From an uncultured Actinomycetes bacterium (lineage in GTDB: Bacteria; Actinomycetota; Thermoleophilia; Solirubrobacterales; Solirubrobacteraceae), in NCBI GenBank assembly GCA_963774115.1, contig CAVZDN010000001.1, positions 572,910-636,909 on the forward strand: DNA of 64,000 nt, given 5' to 3'. Every line of letters begins with the position of its first letter. Within the stretch, counting starts at the first letter, position 1. Position numbers and translations under genes: made by a program. The notes under the pieces were generated by a model. It worked only from the letters and a program-made list of their open reading frames with translations. It had not been told where the DNA came from and did no database searches. This document shows positions 11,343-21,425 of the stretch, piece after piece.

Positions 11343-11915
11343 GTGCCGGCCGCTCCGCGCTTCTTCGTCGACGTCGGCTCGCCGTATACGTACCTGGCAG
11401 CGGAGCGGGTCGAGGCGGTGCTGCCGGTCGCGCCGGTGTGGGAGCCGGTGCTGCTGGGCGCGGTGTTCCAGGCGCGGGGGTCGGGGTCGTGGTCGTTGAC
11501 GGAGGGGCGCTCAGAGGGCATCGCCGAGGTCGAGCGGCGGGCCGCGGCGTATGGGTTGCCGCCGGTGCGCTGGCCCGAGCCCTGGCCGGGCAACACGCTC
11601 GTGGCGATGCGGGCGGCGGTGGCGGCCGACCTCCGCGGCGCTGGCCGTGCGTTCCTGTTGGCCGCGCTGCGGCTTGGGTTCCGGGACGGACGCGACCTGT
11701 CAGACCCGGCGGCCGTGGCGGACGCCGCGTCGCTGGCCGGCCTCGAGGGGGATGAGCTGCTGGCCGCGGCGGCCACGCCAGAGGTGAAGGCGGCGCTCCG
11801 CGAGCGCACTGACGCCGCGGTGGCGCTCGGCGTACGCGGAGTCCCGACGGTGCTGGTCGGGGACCAGGCGTTCTGGGGCGATGACCGGCTGGAGGACGCC
11901 GCGACGGTCTGCTGA
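11343..11915 (+). CDS. DsbA-like 2-hydroxychromene-2-carboxylate isomerase / GST-kappa family protein
   Basis: DVGSPYTYL, GVRGVPT, FWGDDRL. Confidence 0.88.
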   Translation: MPAAPRFFVDVGSPYTYLAAERVEAVLPVAPVWEPVLLGAVFQARGSGSWSLTEGRSEGIAEVERRAAAYGLPPVRWPEPWPGNTLVAMRAAVAADLRGAGRAFLLAALRLGFRDGRDLSDPAAVADAASLAGLEGDELLAAAATPEVKAALRERTDAAVALGVRGVPTVLVGDQAFWGDDRLEDAATVC

Positions 11916-11920
11916 GGAGT

Positions 11921-11955
11921 GGGGATCAGGGTCCGGTATGCGGTCCCGAATCCCC
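11921..11955. terminator. Imperfect hairpin between convergent genes
   Basis: GGGGAT...ATCCCC closing stem with inner GGG/CCG pairing. Confidence 0.4.
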
Positions 11956-11978
11956 GGTCCTCGCCCGCGCCGCCGCGC

Positions 11979-13166
11979 TCAGACGACGAGGCGCCGCAAG
12001 CCGCCGTAGATCTCGGCGGTCTGGCGGGCGATGTCGGCCCAGTCGAAACGCAGGACGTGCTCGCTGGCCTCGGCGACAAGGCGGTTGCGGAGGGCGTCGT
12101 CTGACAGCACGCGCTCCATCATCTCGGCGAGCGAGGCGGGGTCGCGCGACTGGAAGCGCAGGCCCACCTGCTCGTTGGGGACGACCTCTCGCAGACCGCC
12201 GGTGTCGGCGACGATGCACGGGCAGCCCGAGGCCATCGCCTCCAGCGCGACGAGCCCGAACGGCTCGTAGATCGACGGCACCACCGTCAGGTCGGCGATG
12301 CGGTAGAGCGAGTGCAGGACGTCGTCGCCGATCCAGCCGAGGAAGGTTCCGTGGGGTGTGAGGCCGAGCTGGTCGGCCTGAGCGCGCAGCTCGGCCTCGG
12401 CGGTGCCGGAGCCCGCGACGAGGAAGCGCACGTTGCCGAGGCGCTCGATCACGCCCGGGAGCGCCTCCAGCGCGATCTGGAAACCCTTCTCGTAGACGAG
12501 CCGCCCGACGAGCAGCACAAGCCGCTCCTGAGGGGCGGCGAAGCGGGCGCGCAGCGAGTCGAGGTCCTCGACGGGCTGCAGGTCGAGCGGGTCGATCCCG
12601 TTCGGGATCACCGCGACGCGCGCCTCGTCCAGCTCGTAGATGTCGGAGACGTGGTCGCGCATGTAGTGCGAGCAGGTAATGACCGCGTCGGCCTTGTTCG
12701 CCATCCACGTCTCGACGCCGTGGATATGCGTCTGCGGGTACTTGTCGACCCAGCCCTGGTGGCGGCCGTACTCGGTCGCATGGATCGTCACGACCCACGG
12801 GCAGCGCAGCCGGCTGGCGAGCTCGTGACCCGCGGTCGCCACCAGCCAGTCGTGGCCGTGCACGAGGTCGAAGCCCATGCGCTCGCCGAGCTCGATGCCG
12901 GCGGCGACCATGTCGGCGTTCATGTGCTCGACCCAGGCGACGAACTGCTCCAGGTCCTTCGGCTTGCGCGGCTCGCGCACGCGGTGCACGTAAACCCCCT
13001 CGACCTCCTCCGCCGCCGCCATCCGCTCGTCGCCGCGGGTCAGGACGTGCACTTCGACGTCGTGCTGCACAAGCTGCTCGGAGAGCTTGCGCACATGCCG
13101 CGCAAGGCCGCCCTCGATCAGAGGCGGGTACTCCCAGGAGAGGATGAGGATGCGGGGGGAGGCCAT
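11979..13166 (-). CDS. GT4 glycosyltransferase (Rv3032-like alpha-1,4-glucosyltransferase)
   Basis: SWEYPP, GGLARHV, HGHDWL, HATEYGRHQG, YEPFGLVALEAMA. Confidence 0.92.
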   Translation of the reverse strand: MASPRILILSWEYPPLIEGGLARHVRKLSEQLVQHDVEVHVLTRGDERMAAAEEVEGVYVHRVREPRKPKDLEQFVAWVEHMNADMVAAGIELGERMGFDLVHGHDWLVATAGHELASRLRCPWVVTIHATEYGRHQGWVDKYPQTHIHGVETWMANKADAVITCSHYMRDHVSDIYELDEARVAVIPNGIDPLDLQPVEDLDSLRARFAAPQERLVLLVGRLVYEKGFQIALEALPGVIERLGNVRFLVAGSGTAEAELRAQADQLGLTPHGTFLGWIGDDVLHSLYRIADLTVVPSIYEPFGLVALEAMASGCPCIVADTGGLREVVPNEQVGLRFQSRDPASLAEMMERVLSDDALRNRLVAEASEHVLRFDWADIARQTAEIYGGLRRLVV

Positions 13167-13262
13167 ACAGGGATTTGGCTCTCCGGCCAAGCGACCGGCC
13201 GCGGGGAGTCTAGAGCCGCGGGCGAGCCGAGCCCCCCAGCAGGTGCGGAGATGCCGCGGGCG

Positions 13263-14843
13263 TTAGCCCAGCAGCACCTCCGTCACGCGCTGCGGCGGAT
13301 CGAGGGCCAGCAGCTCGGGACGCTTGAGATAGACCTCGCGCAGCATCTGAACCGCGAGCTCGGTCGCCCGTGCGCTGTCCTGCGCGATGGTCTTCCTCGG
13401 GTGCTCGCCGTGCACGATGGCCGACCGGGCGTCGTACAGCTTCTTCAGTTCCGGTTGGAGCTCCTTGCGCTCCTCGGCGTCGGCGCCGAGCAGCGTCGCG
13501 ACGCATGTGGAGAGGCGGAAGGACAGCTCGGCGCTTCGTCCGAACAGGTTCTCCCACACGATCACGGCGTCGATCAGCGCATCGGACGGATCCTGCTCGG
13601 TGAGCGCGCGGAGGCAGCGCGTCACGGCGATGTCGGCGTCCTCGGGATGGACGTCCTCCACGACGCCGGCCATGTGCGCGAGGGCGACGTGCTCGGCCTC
13701 GCCCGCCAGCGAGAGCTGCCGCTGGAGCCGTTCCGGCGGACAGTCGAAGACCGACGGCTCGGTCGGCCGTACCGCAGCCAGCCAGGCCCAGTTCACGCCG
13801 ACCGGCAGGACCGACGGCGGCTGCGCCAGGAGCGCTGCAAGCCCGACCTTCCTCGCGCGATCGATCGCCTCGCGCCGCAGCCGGCCCGTGGTCGGGCTGA
13901 AGTCCTTCGGCTGCAGGACCAGCACCGTCTCCAGCTCGAACTGCAGGACCGCCTGGGCGGCCGGCGCCTCCTCGACAAAGTCGCGATCGGCGGGCCGCCC
14001 CGGCCGGATCACGCCCCACGGGGTCGAGATATGGTCGGACCCGCGGTCGAGCTCCAGGCCGCCGAGCCCGACGAGCACCGGGATCGAGTACCGCTCCCCG
14101 GCCAGGCCTGCGCGCAGGCGGTCGAGGAAGCGCGGAAGCTCGTCGAGCAGCGCCGCGACGCCGCGCTCCCCGCGCGCGCGGACGAGGTCGTAGGCACCAT
14201 GGATCAACGCTGTCAGCAGGTCGCCGCCCAGAGGCACGGGCAGCGCCACGAAGAGCTTGCTGCCGAGACGCGGCCGCCGCCCCAGCTCGTGCAGAGCCGT
14301 CGGCTCGTAGAGCAGCACGCGCAGCTCGGCGTCGGCCGCGAGCGCCGCCAGCGCTCGCTCGCACGCAGGGTGGCTGTCCACGGACACGGCGCCGACGCGA
14401 TAGCGCCCGTCTCCGGGCTCGACGCCGGTCTCGGCCAGGCCGCCGTAGGTCGACTCCCAGAGGGAGAAGACCGGGGCGATGTCGCGCGCGATCTCGCTCA
14501 GCGGCCGGGCGACAGGATCGGTGGTCGCGATCTGCGGACGCTCGCCGCCCGCGTCCGCGCGCAGCCCTGCCGCCAGGGTGGTCCCCGCGTCCTTCGACCA
14601 ACCGCACAGGTCCTCGGCAACCGCGCTGATCCGGAGCGACAGCGCCGAGTTCGGGTCGCGCTCGACCCGCTCGACGATGGCGCCCAGCTTGGCGGCGACG
14701 ATCGCCTGCTTCCCGCGCAGGAGCTCGGTGTCGGCACCGCCTCCGACGAGCGCGTTCAAGCGGCCCTGATCGAATGCCAGCGACTCCGCAACGAACGTGT
14801 CGCCGAGTCGCTCGACGATGCGGCCGAAGGACAGGGTCTGCAT
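13263..14843 (-). CDS. ApeA-like HEPN domain protein (putative RNase / defence effector)
   Basis: C-terminal DALIDAVIVWENLFG...ELSFRL...LYDARSAIVHG with RxxxxH motif. Confidence 0.75.
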   Translation of the reverse strand: MQTLSFGRIVERLGDTFVAESLAFDQGRLNALVGGGADTELLRGKQAIVAAKLGAIVERVERDPNSALSLRISAVAEDLCGWSKDAGTTLAAGLRADAGGERPQIATTDPVARPLSEIARDIAPVFSLWESTYGGLAETGVEPGDGRYRVGAVSVDSHPACERALAALAADAELRVLLYEPTALHELGRRPRLGSKLFVALPVPLGGDLLTALIHGAYDLVRARGERGVAALLDELPRFLDRLRAGLAGERYSIPVLVGLGGLELDRGSDHISTPWGVIRPGRPADRDFVEEAPAAQAVLQFELETVLVLQPKDFSPTTGRLRREAIDRARKVGLAALLAQPPSVLPVGVNWAWLAAVRPTEPSVFDCPPERLQRQLSLAGEAEHVALAHMAGVVEDVHPEDADIAVTRCLRALTEQDPSDALIDAVIVWENLFGRSAELSFRLSTCVATLLGADAEERKELQPELKKLYDARSAIVHGEHPRKTIAQDSARATELAVQMLREVYLKRPELLALDPPQRVTEVLLG

Positions 14844-14859
14844 CGGCCAGGAGGCTAGA

Positions 14860-16251
14860 TCAGCCCTTCGGGGGACGCGCCGCATCGTGCACAGGAGCAG
14901 CCGCGGCGAGTGCGGCGAGATGCCCGGCGGCGCGCTCGCGTGGGTAGGGGCCGGCGAGGTCGTTCGTGACCTGGAAGGCCCAGTCGCTGGACTGCAGCAG
15001 CAGCAGCTCGCGGACGGCGACCGGGTGGGGGCGGGCGCTGCCGGCGAGCGTGCGCAGCTCGGCGTCGCGCGCCTGCCAGGCGAGGTCGGCCACCTGGGGG
15101 CCGTCCCAGGTCGCGAGCGTGCGCGGAGTCCCCCAGGTGGTCGTGGGGAGGCCGCCGGACGGGGCGGCGACCGGCTCGTGGCGTGCGAGTGCGGCGTCGA
15201 GCGGCGTGAGCGCGAGCCCCTGGCGCTCGGCCTCCTCCAGCACCGCCGCGAGCCACGCTATCCCCTCGTACCACCAGTGGCCCAGCAGCTCGGTGTCGAG
15301 CGCGCAGACGACGAGCGCGGGACGGCCGAGCGCGGCGGCTCCGGCGTCGAGGCGGGCAATCGTGCGAGCGACGAACTCGGCGGCGTGTGCGCGTGCCTGC
15401 TGCAGCGCGGCGGCGTGGTCGTAGGTGCCGCCGTCGTTGCGCCAGACGCGGTGGTGGTGGACGGTGAAGGCGTGGTAGTCGCGGTAGGTGGGATGCGCCG
15501 GGTAGCCGCCGTCGCTCCAGACGAGCTCCATCGTCGCGCGGTCGATTGGGACGAGCACGGGCCCGTCCTCGGTGGCGATCGGGGCGAGCTGCGCGGGCGC
15601 GCCGTAGCCGAGCACGTCGGTGAGGTCGACGCACGTCGCGTGCACGCCGGCTTCCTCCAGCAGCGGGTCGAGCCACCGCGCGTGGGCGCACTCCGGCAGC
15701 CAGAAGCCGCCGGCCCACTCGTCGAAGCGGGCGCGGTGGGCGGCGATCCCGCTCTCGACCTGGAGGCGGACGCCAGCGCTGGTGGCGAGCAGCGGCAGCA
15801 CGGCATGGGTGGCGGATGAGGTCCAGCTCGCATGGGGCGCGAGCGCGCCCAGCAGGTCGCCGCCGAGCGCCTCGAAGCGGGTGAGCGCGCGCTCGTAGTC
15901 GCCGGCGGCGCGCTCCAGCTCGCGCGCGAACGCCTCGTTGCCGCTCTCGCGGCAGCCGGCGATGTCGATCGCGTGCGTCTCGCGCCGCACGTCGCGCAGG
16001 AACGTAGTGAAGCGGTCAGGGACTCCAGCGGCCTCGAGCTGGTCGCACAGAACCGGCGTGAGCGAGAGCGTCAGCGGTGTCGGTCCGCGGTGCCGCTCGA
16101 ACACGTCGAGCAGCGGCAGGTAGCACGTCGCCATCGCCTCCCACAGCCACTCCTCGCCGAACGGCCAGGTGCCGTAGCCCTCGACATAGGGCATGTGGGT
16201 GTGCAGGACGAGCGACAGCTCGCCGCGGTCTGACGGTGGCGCCGCGCTCAC
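14860..16251 (-). CDS. GH57 1,4-alpha-glucan branching enzyme (Rv3031-like)
   Basis: LHTHMPY, GEEWLWEA, FWLPECA, DTELLGHWWYEG, QSSDWAF. Confidence 0.92.
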   Translation of the reverse strand: MSAAPPSDRGELSLVLHTHMPYVEGYGTWPFGEEWLWEAMATCYLPLLDVFERHRGPTPLTLSLTPVLCDQLEAAGVPDRFTTFLRDVRRETHAIDIAGCRESGNEAFARELERAAGDYERALTRFEALGGDLLGALAPHASWTSSATHAVLPLLATSAGVRLQVESGIAAHRARFDEWAGGFWLPECAHARWLDPLLEEAGVHATCVDLTDVLGYGAPAQLAPIATEDGPVLVPIDRATMELVWSDGGYPAHPTYRDYHAFTVHHHRVWRNDGGTYDHAAALQQARAHAAEFVARTIARLDAGAAALGRPALVVCALDTELLGHWWYEGIAWLAAVLEEAERQGLALTPLDAALARHEPVAAPSGGLPTTTWGTPRTLATWDGPQVADLAWQARDAELRTLAGSARPHPVAVRELLLLQSSDWAFQVTNDLAGPYPRERAAGHLAALAAAAPVHDAARPPKG

Positions 16252-17024
16252 ACGCGGCAGACTGCCAGGAAGTCCAGCGCGCGGTCGAGACTCGGACCCC
16301 GCCCGCCCGCGTAGACCACCGCGAAGTCGGATGCCGCGATCGCCGGGGTGAAGCGGTCGTAGAAGGGCTTCGTCAGGCCCAGGCGCTTGTGCACCGCGTC
16401 CCAGCCGAGCTTCAGCGCGAGCGCGTGGATGCGCAGCTTGCGGGCGTGGTGCAGGCCGAGCAGCTCGACGTGCTGGAAGTGCGCCTCGCACAGCTCGCGG
16501 TACTCGTGCGCGCGGTACTCCTTCACGTGCCAGGGGTTCTCGGACTTCTGGGCGCCGGGTGGCGCGAGCGTCAGCAGGTTCGGGGTCGAGACGTACGCGA
16601 CGCCGCCGGGCGTGAGCATCGACTTGAAGTGCTCGAGGATCTCCCCCGGGTTCTGCACGTGCTCGATCGTCTGCAGGAAGACGACCGCGTCGCACTGCTC
16701 GGAGAACGTCTCGACGAGGTCGCGCTCGAAGCGCAGGTTCTGGCGCACGTAGCGCAACCGCGCGTGCTCGTGCGCCTCGGGGTTCGCGTCGACACCGACG
16801 ACGGAGGCGGCGCCGCGGGAGAGCACCTCGGAGCCGTAGCCCTCCCCGCACGCCATGTCGATCACGCGCTTGCCGGTGACCCGAGCCCCGATCCACTCGT
16901 AGACGGCAAGGTGGCGGCGGTACCAGTAGTTCTCCTCCGGCACGTCCGGCAGCGTGCGCTCGCCGGTGAGCGAGAGGGGTGGAACGCCGTCCGGTTGGTT
17001 CGACTGAACGTATGCGGTTTCCAT
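16248..17024 (-). CDS. Class I SAM methyltransferase (Rv3030-like)
   Basis: LSLTGERTLPDVPEENYWYRRH, ACGEGYG, QTIEH, STPN. Confidence 0.9.
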   Translation of the reverse strand: METAYVQSNQPDGVPPLSLTGERTLPDVPEENYWYRRHLAVYEWIGARVTGKRVIDMACGEGYGSEVLSRGAASVVGVDANPEAHEHARLRYVRQNLRFERDLVETFSEQCDAVVFLQTIEHVQNPGEILEHFKSMLTPGGVAYVSTPNLLTLAPPGAQKSENPWHVKEYRAHEYRELCEAHFQHVELLGLHHARKLRIHALALKLGWDAVHKRLGLTKPFYDRFTPAIAASDFAVVYAGGRGPSLDRALDFLAVCRV

Positions 17025-17186
17025 GAGAGGTGGTCCTGTTTGGCAGGTGTGGAATGTCGTGCCGGCGGTGACCATAGAGCCTCCCGCCCCTAGGAGGTGG
17101 AAGGAGAGCAAGCGGTCTAAATGACCTAGGTGGCCGTTCGCGCTCAGCATTTCTGACCCGCGGCCATGAGGGCGACAGCCCAAGGC

Positions 17187-18050
17187 TCAGACCCGCGTGA
17201 TCGCCCCGCCGGCAAACCAGCGAACAAGCGTCAAGGCCAGGTGAACAGCAGAATCCGCCTCTTGTGGGGACATTCCCAGGGGAACGTCTCGATCGTCGGT
17301 GCCGTGACGCTTATGTGTCTTCCACATGGCCTCCATCACAGGCACGACAACGGAAGAGTCTCCCAGGACGAATGAGAACTTCTGAGGAGCATCCCCAATC
17401 GCGCGGAGCATCTTTCCGAGCGTTGCCTCCGAGTCTCTCGGCGATACAACAGGCTTTGCGGCTGCCTCCACCGCCATAAGAGCTTGGAAGTACGCCTGAT
17501 CAGGGTTGGGATCGCGACCAGCCAAGTGTTGCCAGGCAGCTCTGAGATGAGCCCCGGCCCGCTCCGCCACTGGCACGATCTGCTCGATGGCGTCACGCAC
17601 CGGACCGATCGCCCTCCGTGTAAGCGCGTAGTTCCCGCCGTCAATCGCCGTGACTTCCCAAGCAGACCCGCCAGCAAGGAGGATGGCTCCGAGCTCTTGC
17701 GCAGTTTCGTCCGCCGTGTACAGCGCATGAGTCTCGCTCAGGTGATGGAGCGTGTAGTCAAGGATGTCAAGCCCGACCTCGCCGTCCTTGAGCGCTACAC
17801 GTTGCTCCAATGCATCTGCGATGGAACGGGTGTTGAGCTCCCACGGCAACGGCGGATCAAGATGCATCCGTGCCTGGAGCTTCCGCATCCAGTCTGTGAA
17901 GTAGTGGACGCCGCCTGTATCCGTATGGGTGCGAATGAAGGGTCGCAGCCAGGAGCACACGGGCTCCAGTAACCACGTCGGAATGCCCTCGTGATGGATA
18001 TCGAAGGACGTGCCTGTCTTGCCTCGTGCTGACAGAGGTCGATAGCTCAT
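17187..18050 (-). CDS. Lower-GC hypothetical protein with Abi/HEPN-like C-terminus
   Basis: AYFQALMAVEAAAKPVVSP...ATLGKML...WKTHKRHG resembles AbiJ-type C-terminal domains; atypical composition. Confidence 0.6.
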   Translation of the reverse strand: MSYRPLSARGKTGTSFDIHHEGIPTWLLEPVCSWLRPFIRTHTDTGGVHYFTDWMRKLQARMHLDPPLPWELNTRSIADALEQRVALKDGEVGLDILDYTLHHLSETHALYTADETAQELGAILLAGGSAWEVTAIDGGNYALTRRAIGPVRDAIEQIVPVAERAGAHLRAAWQHLAGRDPNPDQAYFQALMAVEAAAKPVVSPRDSEATLGKMLRAIGDAPQKFSFVLGDSSVVVPVMEAMWKTHKRHGTDDRDVPLGMSPQEADSAVHLALTLVRWFAGGAITRV

Positions 18051-18316
18051 CTGGCCGGAAGCGTTCCATAGCGGGCGGACGCGGGACGCTACGAGATGGC
18101 CGCGATTCGCCAGGTCCCTCCGATGGTGGGAAGACCAGCCGCTGATTACAGAACCCGCAGCGCCGACGCCTACGACCTGTATGCCCGGCTAGCGCACCGT
18201 GGTCGGAAGCTAGAGGCGGCTTCCGCGAGGGTGCAACAGCTTCGCGTCACTCACTGGCGCTTACCGAAACGGAATGGCACTCGCATGAGGGCCGACACAG
18301 TAATGTGCCGCGCCGC

Positions 18317-19264
18317 ATGGAGGCTCCACGCACCGACGACGACATCCGCGACGTCAACACGCGCTACCACGACGTCGCCGCGAACAGCTACGACGCCAAG
18401 TGGGGCATCGACTTCGGCGAGCCCGGGCAGGCGCAGGTGCTCGGCAAGCTGCGCAAGGTCCTGGGCCGCGACGCGCTCGCGGCTGGCTTCGGCCGCTCGC
18501 TGGAGATCGGCTCCGGCACCGGCTACTTCTCACTGACGCTGCTGCAGGCCGGCACGATCCGCGAGGCCGTCTGCACCGACATCTCCCCCGGGATGCTCGC
18601 GACGCTGCGCGGCAACGCCGAGCGGCTCGGGCTGGAGGTCGAGACGGTCGCGACCGATGCGGAGGCGCTGCCGTTCGAGGACGCCTCGTTCGACCTCGTG
18701 CTGGGCCACGCGATCCTGCACCACATCCCGGACCTGAAGCGCGCGTTCGCGGAGTTCCACCGCGTGCTGAGGCCCGGCGGCACGGTCGTGTTCGCCGGCG
18801 AGCCGTCGCGCTACGGGGATCGGCTGGCGCGCGTGCCCAAGCGCGGCGCAGCCGCCGTCGCGCCGCTTTGGCGGCGTGCGATCGGCGCGCGGCCGGCGGG
18901 GAGCGCCGCCGCGGCGACCGGCAACGGCCACGCCCGCGGCCCCCACGATCCGCACGCCGAGGATCACGCGCTGGAGCGCTTCGTCGACATCCACGCCTTC
19001 GCCCCCGGCGACCTCGCCGCGACCGCCCGCGGGGCCGGCTTCGCCGACGTGAACGTGCGTGGCGAGGAGCTGGTAGCGAACTGGTTCGGCTGGACCAACC
19101 GCGTGTTGGAGGCAACCGCCGAGCCCGACGACGTGCCGTGGGGCTGGCGGCAGTACGCCTACCGCGGCTACCTCACGCTGCAGAAGCTCGACGAGCGCCT
19201 GCTCGAGGGCCGACTGCCGGCGGCCATCTTCTACAACCTGCTGATCTCCGCGAAGAAGCCCTAG
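18317..19264 (+). CDS. Class I SAM methyltransferase (Rv3038c-like)
   Basis: YHDVAANSYDAKWGI, LEIGSGTGYF, GHAILHHIPD, VDIHAF. Confidence 0.88.
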   Translation: MEAPRTDDDIRDVNTRYHDVAANSYDAKWGIDFGEPGQAQVLGKLRKVLGRDALAAGFGRSLEIGSGTGYFSLTLLQAGTIREAVCTDISPGMLATLRGNAERLGLEVETVATDAEALPFEDASFDLVLGHAILHHIPDLKRAFAEFHRVLRPGGTVVFAGEPSRYGDRLARVPKRGAAAVAPLWRRAIGARPAGSAAAATGNGHARGPHDPHAEDHALERFVDIHAFAPGDLAATARGAGFADVNVRGEELVANWFGWTNRVLEATAEPDDVPWGWRQYAYRGYLTLQKLDERLLEGRLPAAIFYNLLISAKKP

Positions 19265-20661
19265 CCGCGCGTCGCCGCGTAGCGCGCGAGTGCACGCTTG
19301 CGCTCCTCGGCGTGGTCGACGACCGGCGCCGGGTAATCGCGGCCGATCGCGCAGCCGGCCGCCTCTTGCTCCTCGGCGGTCATCCGCCACGGCTCGGCGA
19401 CCCGCTCGTCGGGAACTGCACGAAGCTCCGGGACCCAGCGGCGCACGTACGTGCCGTCCGGATCGTGGCGCTGCTGCTGCAGCGTCGAGTTGAGGATCCG
19501 CTTGAAGACGGGCTGGGGATCGACGCCGACGGATGCGATCCACTGCCAGTTGCCGTTGTTCTGAGCGATGTCGCCGTCGAGCAGCCAGCGCATGAACCAG
19601 GCCTCGCCGGCGCGCCAGTCAAGCTGCAGGTCCTTCGTCAGGAAGGAGCCGACGACCAGCCGTGCGCGGTTGTGCATCCAGCCGCTCGCGCGCAGCTGGC
19701 GCATTCCGGCGTCGACGAGCGGGAAGCCCGTGCGCCCCTCCTGCCAGGCGGCGAGCAGCGCGTCGTCGGTGTCCCATTCGAGCGCGCGCAGGCGCTCCTG
19801 GTGCTCGCGGCGGCGGTCGGCCGGGTGGTGCAGCAGGACGTGCGCATAGAAGTCACGCCAGGCGAGCTGACGGACGAACGCATCGGCGCCCTCGCCTCCT
19901 CGGCGACGCGCCCGCTCCTCCACCTCGCGCGGCGAGATACAGCCGAAGTGCAGGTACGGCGAGAGCATCGAGGTTCCGCCGGCGAGGCGATCGTGGCGCT
20001 CGTCGTAGGCGTCGAGGTCGTCGGCAAGGAAGCGGGCGAGCGCCTCGCGCGCAGCGGCCTCTCCCGCCGCGACCGCTCGCTCCGCCAGGTCGTCGGTGAG
20101 CCCGAGGTCGGCGAGCCGCGGGACCTCGTCCCTCGCGACGCCCGGCGGCAGTGGGATCTCCGCGGGCGCGCGATGGACCGGACGCCGCTCAAGCACGTCC
20201 CACACGCGGTGGAACGGTGTGAAGACGGTGAACGGCTTGCCGCCCTGCGTGCGCGGTCTGCCGACATCCGCGGCGAAGTTCCCGGGGCCGGGCACGGCCT
20301 CGATGCCGGCCTCCGCAAGAGTGGCCGTGACACGACGGTCACGCGCCATTGCATACGGCGTCGCATCGCTCGACCAGTAGACCGCGGACGCTCCCACCTC
20401 CGCCGCCAGCGCCGGCAGCTCGCGCTCAGGCGCGCCGCGCCGCATCACGAGCCTGCCGCCGCGCTCGCGGAGGGCACCGTCGAGCTCGCGCAGGCAGTCG
20501 AGCAGGAACGCCGCCCGCGGGCCTGACGCGAAGCGCCCGCCGAGCAGCACCGGGTCGAGCACGAACACCGGAACTACGTGCTCGTGCGCTTGCAGCGCCG
20601 CCACGAGCGGCGGGTGGTCGTGGACGCGCAGGTCGCGCCGCAGCCAGACGATCGCGGTCAT
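19261..20661 (-). CDS. phrB: Deoxyribodipyrimidine photolyase (class I CPD)
   Basis: WLRRDLRVHDH, LSPYLHFG, GRTGFPLVDAGMRQL, WMHNRAR, NNGNWQW. Confidence 0.95.
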   Translation of the reverse strand: MTAIVWLRRDLRVHDHPPLVAALQAHEHVVPVFVLDPVLLGGRFASGPRAAFLLDCLRELDGALRERGGRLVMRRGAPERELPALAAEVGASAVYWSSDATPYAMARDRRVTATLAEAGIEAVPGPGNFAADVGRPRTQGGKPFTVFTPFHRVWDVLERRPVHRAPAEIPLPPGVARDEVPRLADLGLTDDLAERAVAAGEAAAREALARFLADDLDAYDERHDRLAGGTSMLSPYLHFGCISPREVEERARRRGGEGADAFVRQLAWRDFYAHVLLHHPADRRREHQERLRALEWDTDDALLAAWQEGRTGFPLVDAGMRQLRASGWMHNRARLVVGSFLTKDLQLDWRAGEAWFMRWLLDGDIAQNNGNWQWIASVGVDPQPVFKRILNSTLQQQRHDPDGTYVRRWVPELRAVPDERVAEPWRMTAEEQEAAGCAIGRDYPAPVVDHAEERKRALARYAATRG

Positions 20662-20723
20662 CGAAGGTTCATACGCTCGCAGCGGGGCCGGCGGCTCACT
20701 CGCCGAGCCATACACTTGCCAGC

Positions 20724-21350
20724 GTGCCCGATCGCCTCGTCCAGGACTTCCCCCTCTTCCCGCTCGGCATGGTCGCGCTGCCGCACGAGATGGTGCCGCT
20801 GCACATCTTCGAGGAGCGCTTCAAGACGATGATGGAGGAGTGCCTGCTCGGGGAGAGCGAGTTCGGGATCGTCTGGCTTGCCGACGACGGCCTGCGACCA
20901 GTCGGCTGTGCTTGCGAGATCACCGAGGTGCTCGAGCGGATGGAGGACGGGCAGCTCAACCTGCTGACCCGCGGGACGCGCCCCTTCCGCATCGTCGAGC
21001 GCGAGGACCGGCTGCCCTATCCGGCCGGCACGGTCGAGTTCCTCAAGGACAAGGACGAGGGGGTCGACGCCGCCGTCGCGGCACTCGCTCGCGAGACGTA
21101 CGCCGAGCTGGTCGAGCGCGCCACCGACAACCGCCCCGAGCAGCTCGATCTCGCCAAGATGACCGCGTACGCGATGGCCGCCACCGTCGACTTCGGGCTC
21201 GACGCCAAGCAGGGCCTGCTTGACCTCCGCTCCGAGACCGCCCGCCTGCGACTCGTCACGCGGCTGTTCCGCGCCGCGATGAAGCGCCTGGACTTCGTCT
21301 CCCACGCACAAGGGCGAGCGCGGTCGAACGGCAAGGTGCGGTTCACGTAG
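20724..21350 (+). CDS. LON peptidase substrate-binding domain protein
   Basis: FPLFPLG...PLHIFEER; no AAA or protease domain. Confidence 0.88.
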   Translation: MPDRLVQDFPLFPLGMVALPHEMVPLHIFEERFKTMMEECLLGESEFGIVWLADDGLRPVGCACEITEVLERMEDGQLNLLTRGTRPFRIVEREDRLPYPAGTVEFLKDKDEGVDAAVAALARETYAELVERATDNRPEQLDLAKMTAYAMAATVDFGLDAKQGLLDLRSETARLRLVTRLFRAAMKRLDFVSHAQGRARSNGKVRFT

Positions 21351-21425
21351 GCCGCTCGCGACATCGTCCTGCCTGATGGTCGCAGGACGACCACAAGACA
21401 GGACGGCGCTAGAGGCAGGCGGCGC

